Shown: positions 60,079 to 64,000 of the stretch, in pieces | How positions within the stretch are numbered: position 1 is the stretch's first letter | Layout: the number at the start of each line of letters is the position of its first letter | Assembly (NCBI RefSeq): GCF_018350175.1 | Contig: NC_058373.1 | Location: forward strand, 99,636,001-99,700,000 | Direction of reading: 5' to 3' | Source: Felis catus | Lineage: Eukaryota | Length of the DNA stretch: 64,000 bases | Program-made: the position numbers and the translations under genes | The notes under the pieces: model-generated | What the model was told of the DNA's origin: nothing | Database searches by the model: none | What the model saw: only the letters and a program-made list of their open reading frames with translations

Positions 60079-62151
60079 TTTGTTTTTGTTTTTGTTTTTT
60101 TTTGATGTCACATTTTACATCCTTTTATTTTTTGTATCCTGTGACTAATTATTGTAGTCATAGTTATTTTTACTACTTTGCCTTATAACCTTCATATTAG
60201 CTTTATAAGAAATTAATCCACTACTATTACCATATATTTATCTTTACCAGTGAGATTTTTCACATTTTTTTCTTGTCACTAAATTAGTGCCATTTCTTTT
60301 TAGCTTAAATAAGCCCCTTTAATATTTCTTGTAAGGCTAGTTTAGTGTGGATGAACTCTTTTAGCTTGTGTCTGGAAAGCTCTTTATTTCTCCTTCAATT
60401 CTGAATGATAATCTTGTCTATTCTTAGATGGGAGTTTTTCTCCTTCAGCACTTTAAATATGTCATGGCACTCCTTTCTGGCCTGCAAAGTTTCTGCTGAG
60501 AAATCTGCTGGTAGTCTCATAGGGGTTCCCTTGTATGTAACAAGTTGTTTTTCTCTTGCTTCTTATAAGTTTCTCTCTTTTTCTTTAACTCTTGACATTT
60601 AACTATAATGTGCTTTGGTGTGGTCTCTTTGGGTTCATCTTATTTGGAACTCTCTAGATTTTCTAGATCTGGATATCTATGTTAGGAAAGGTTTCAACCA
60701 GTATTTATTAAAATAATTTTTCTGCCCTTTTCTCTATTCCCTTCTGGGGCCCCTTAAATGAGCATATTATTCCCACAGGTCCCTTAAGCTATCTTCTCTC
60801 TCTCTTTTAAATTCTTTTTTCTTTTCTGCTGCTGTTTCAGATCCACTGTCCTGTATTCCAGATAATTGATTGTTTCTTTGACTCCATTTAGTCTGTTTTG
60901 AACCCCTCTAATGTATTTTTCAGTTCATTAACTGTATTCTTCAACTCTGTGACTTCTCTTTAGTATTTCTTATATTTTATATCTCTTTGTTAATGTTCTC
61001 ACTGTGTTCATCAATTTTTCTCTTGAGTTTGGTGGGCATCTTTATGACCATTACTTTGGACTTTTTATCAGGTATATTACTCATCTTTATTTCATTGTTT
61101 GTTTTTTCTGGGTTTTATCTTGTTCTTTTGTTTGTAACATATTCTTCTGTCTCCTCATTTTGCTGTTGTTTCTATGCATTAAGTAAAACAGCTGTATCTC
61201 CTGCTCTTTAAGAAGTGGCCTGTGTAGTAAATGAACCTTATTCTTTAACCTTGTCCTAGCTCTTGGTTGTCTCTTGAACCTTTGCAGTTTGTCTAAGCAT
61301 CATGATTTATTCTTGGTAGGTCCCAGTTGTTGAGAGAATGTCAAGACCTATGTGTTCCAGAGGGAGGGATCTTAGCCCCTAGTTTTAGCCCCTAGTTTTA
61401 GCTGATTGGAAGCTGATTGGAAGCTAGGCGCTCAGGCAACTTTTAAGGTAGGCAATATATACAGTCCTGTGGGACTGTAATGGTAAACCCTGCTGGCCTC
61501 CAGACCAGACAATCTGAAGATGTCCCCTTGGCAACAATTGCAAACATTGGGGCTCTGGATGAGTATATGAGCCTTCCTGGGAGGTACCAGTGAGCTGTTG
61601 GGAGGCTAGAGGAGAGAATAAAGATGATATCTCCCAGTCTACACTCCCTAAGAGCACCTCCATAGCCTCTAGATGTGTATGGTAATACTGGAGCATGCAA
61701 CTCAGGCTGAAACTCCAGGACAAGTAAATAGGCTTTTTTTCATAGGAAGACTTGGGTGTGTTTTGATCTGCTGTCTGCTGATTGGGGGTGGTAGCCTGCC
61801 AAGAACTGTTCCTGATTGTTTCAGACCCATGGGGTCCAGAATCACAATCCCTATTGGCCACTAGAGCCAGGTGCTCAATGGGAGTCCCCCGTATGGGTGA
61901 CACATGCCTGATGGCTTTGATAGGGCCACAGGGGTAGTAGAGGGACAGGGCACTTGACTGCCTGACTCTGATGGGATTGCTGGGGTGGTGCTAGCAAGTT
62001 ATAGGGAGTATGTAAAATGGCACCTACCAGTGCTATTAAGGTGGAGGGAGAACAAGAAATGGCACTCACCAGTGCCTCCATTCCTGGAGTCCTAACAGAC
62101 CCCTACTCCTCCAGCAGACACTTCAAGATTAACAAATGAATCTCATTCATA

Positions 62152-62212
62152 TGCTTTTCAAACTGCTTTTCAAACTGCTTTTCAAACTGCTGCTTTTCAA
62201 ACTGCTGCTTTT
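62152..62212. repeat. Minisatellite (tgcttttcaaac)n in the old L1 5' UTR
   Basis: Four copies of the 12-bp unit, the last ones with an extra tgc. Confidence 0.85.
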
Positions 62213-62654
62213 TTGCTGGATGCTGGGTTGAGTCAGTCTGCATGTGAGCCCTTTAAAGGTGGAAATCCCATTCCCTACAGCCCTATGATTCTCCTTGACA
62301 TAAATCCCATTGGTTTTCAAAGCCAGATGTTTTGGGGGCTTGTCTATCTGGTACAGGTCCCAAGGTTTGAGGTGCCTGATTTGGGACACAGACCCCTCAA
62401 TTTCAGGGAGAAATTCTATATTTGTAAGCTCCTTCATCATTATGAGTCATTGTACCAGGGGTGGGTTTTTTTTTGGTGGGACCACATCTCTGCCTCTCCT
62501 ACCCATCCTTTTATGTGGTCCTTTTATTCTTTATAGTGGAGGAGCTACAGCTAGTTTACAGATCTTTTTTAGAGAGAATTATTTCATATGTACCTGTAGA
62601 TTTGTTGTGCCATTGGAGAAGGTGAGTTCAGGACCTTCCTTTGCCACCATCTTC

Positions 62655-62935
62655 TCCCATTGTCTCTTAAACACATTCCAGTCAGGTGTCATCCACTGAA
62701 CTCCCCCTCAGCAAAACTTCTCTTGCCGAAGTCACAGTGAGCTTCACCTTGTTAAACTCCATGATCCTTAGGTTACAGGATCAGGCAGCATTTCATATAG
62801 TTTCTTCTCTTGGTTTTGAGGATATCACATTCTCTTGGTTTTTCTTCTACTTCATCGGCCACACATTGTGAGTCTCTGTTAATTCTCTCTTCTCTTTCAG
62901 TCTGAATTCTGGAGAGCACAGGAGTTCTGTTCTCT
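62655..62935 (+). mobile_element. L2 ORF fragment (right half)
   Basis: ttaaacacattccagtcagg...aaaacttctcttgccgaagtcacagtgagc...cacattctcttggtttttcttctacttca. Confidence 0.65.
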
Positions 62936-62941
62936 TCTAGT

Positions 62942-62942
62942 T

Positions 62943-63006
<64 letters not shown>

Positions 63007-63168
63007 TCAGAGGCATGGGAGGGGCAGAGGAAGAGGGAGAGAGAGAATCTTAAGAAGGCCCCATGTGCAGCATAGAGCCTGATGCAGGACTGACCTCAAG
63101 ACCATGAGATCATGAATGACCTGAGCCAAAATCAAGAGTCAGATGCTTAACCAACTGAGCCATCCAGG
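62942..63168 (-). mobile_element. CAN-SINE with an expanded (TTTC)n tail
   Basis: About 16 TTTC units (62942-63008), GA tract, reverse head. Confidence 0.9.
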
Positions 63169-63243
63169 TTTCTCCCCTTCTAATTTCTCTTTGCATTCAT
63201 AACTTTGACAATCTCATCCAGTATTATGGTTTTAAATACCAAC

Positions 63244-63663
63244 TGTTAGTTATGGCCCTCCAAGAAGCAGATGCCAATATGGGATTAGATGTGCAAGAGA
63301 TTTATATGTTGTGATGTATAAAGGAAGAAGGAATAACTGAGAGAGCTTTCAGATCATGATGACACCTATGGAAAGAGAGGAAGAAGGAGGGAGGTTTGGG
63401 CAGAAAGAGTCTCAAACTGCAGTACAGTTCTAAGAAACTCTGGTCAAGCCTATGGGGAGTCATGGAGCCAAAATTTCCCATTAGAGTTATTCCATGACCT
63501 ACAGGAATGGGTTTGCACTAGTACCCCAGCTGTGCCAGTCATTACTGGAACAGCCTAGGGGAATCAAGGCTTCTGTGTAAACATGGTGGTGGATATGGAG
63601 GGCTTGTTAGTCAACTACATTCCCCAGAGCAGATCTGAGTGGCTCATTTCCATGGCAGCCATA
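63244..63663 (-). mobile_element. LTR16-like ERVL 3' LTR
   Basis: Minus-strand start tatggctgccatggaaatgagccactcagatct follows the PPT aagggtggac. Plus-strand ccaagaagcagatgccaatatgggattagatgtgcaagagatttat marks the U5 end. Confidence 0.7.
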
Positions 63664-64000
63664 GTCCACCCTTAAGCTGCACAGATCTGCTTTTCCATAT
63701 AAGTTTGGGGAAGAGTTCTTCCATGGTTTCCATGACCTCTAGTCTTAAGTAAAAACTTAGAGGAGGGGGTATTGTTGGAATTGCTACCAAGGCATGATTG
63801 GCACTCATCATCTTCTCTCTCCATTACCCATTCTAAATTTTTCTCACTCTCAACTATCACCTCAGCAGCTCTTGGTGGCTTCCCTGGTGGGATGAGCCCT
63901 TTAATTTCAGGCTGGGGTTACTTCATGTGTCCATTCATGGTTACAAAGAGCTAGGGAGCACCAAGAGGCTTCCCAAGTGAATTGTCTAACAACAGCTCTA
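63664..64000 (-). mobile_element. ERVL internal 3' region (continues beyond the window)
   Basis: Adjacent to the PPT and LTR. The sequence resembles an ERVL 3' internal region. Confidence 0.55.

Larger units (their letters stand above)
56582..62654 (-). mobile_element. Older near-full-length L1 with an internal ORF2 deletion and SINE insertions
   Basis: 3' UTR at 56590-57050. ORF2 remnants (TWMNLEDIMLSE, NQKKAGVAILISDKVDFKTK). ORF1 region ~60300-61100. 5' end aagatggtggcaaagg at ~62653. Confidence 0.88.

Overview
This 64 kb window is mammalian DNA, almost certainly felid, as judged by its tRNA-derived CAN-SINEs of the SINEC_Fc type and its L1_Fc-like LINE-1s. It is repeat-dense, and I can support no host protein-coding exon. 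The main contents are as follows. (1) A decayed class I (ERV1-type) provirus at ~12.7-21.8 kb (+) with two LTRs, a tRNA-Arg PBS, gag/pro/pol and a largely deleted env. It is interrupted by a young 5'-truncated L1 and several SINEs. (2) A decayed class III (ERVL-type) provirus at ~41.05-47.18 kb (-) with a tRNA-Arg PBS and an env TM remnant containing an immunosuppressive domain. An unrelated AT-rich segment replaces part of its gag-pro-RT. (3) A full-length but inactivated young L1 at 48275-54224 (+) with a 15-bp TSD. (4) An older, internally deleted L1 at ~56.58-62.65 kb (-) that splits an L2. (5) A 35-nt U2 snRNA retrocopy with a TSD, an ancient CR1/L3 RT fragment, MaLR and LTR16-type LTRs, MER5/MER58-type DNA transposon fossils, MIRs, about 30 CAN-SINEs and microsatellites. 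I found no convincing evidence of a new functional system. The best leads are mobile-element structural oddities. Family names come from recalled consensus motifs, not database searches, and identities are by-eye estimates.
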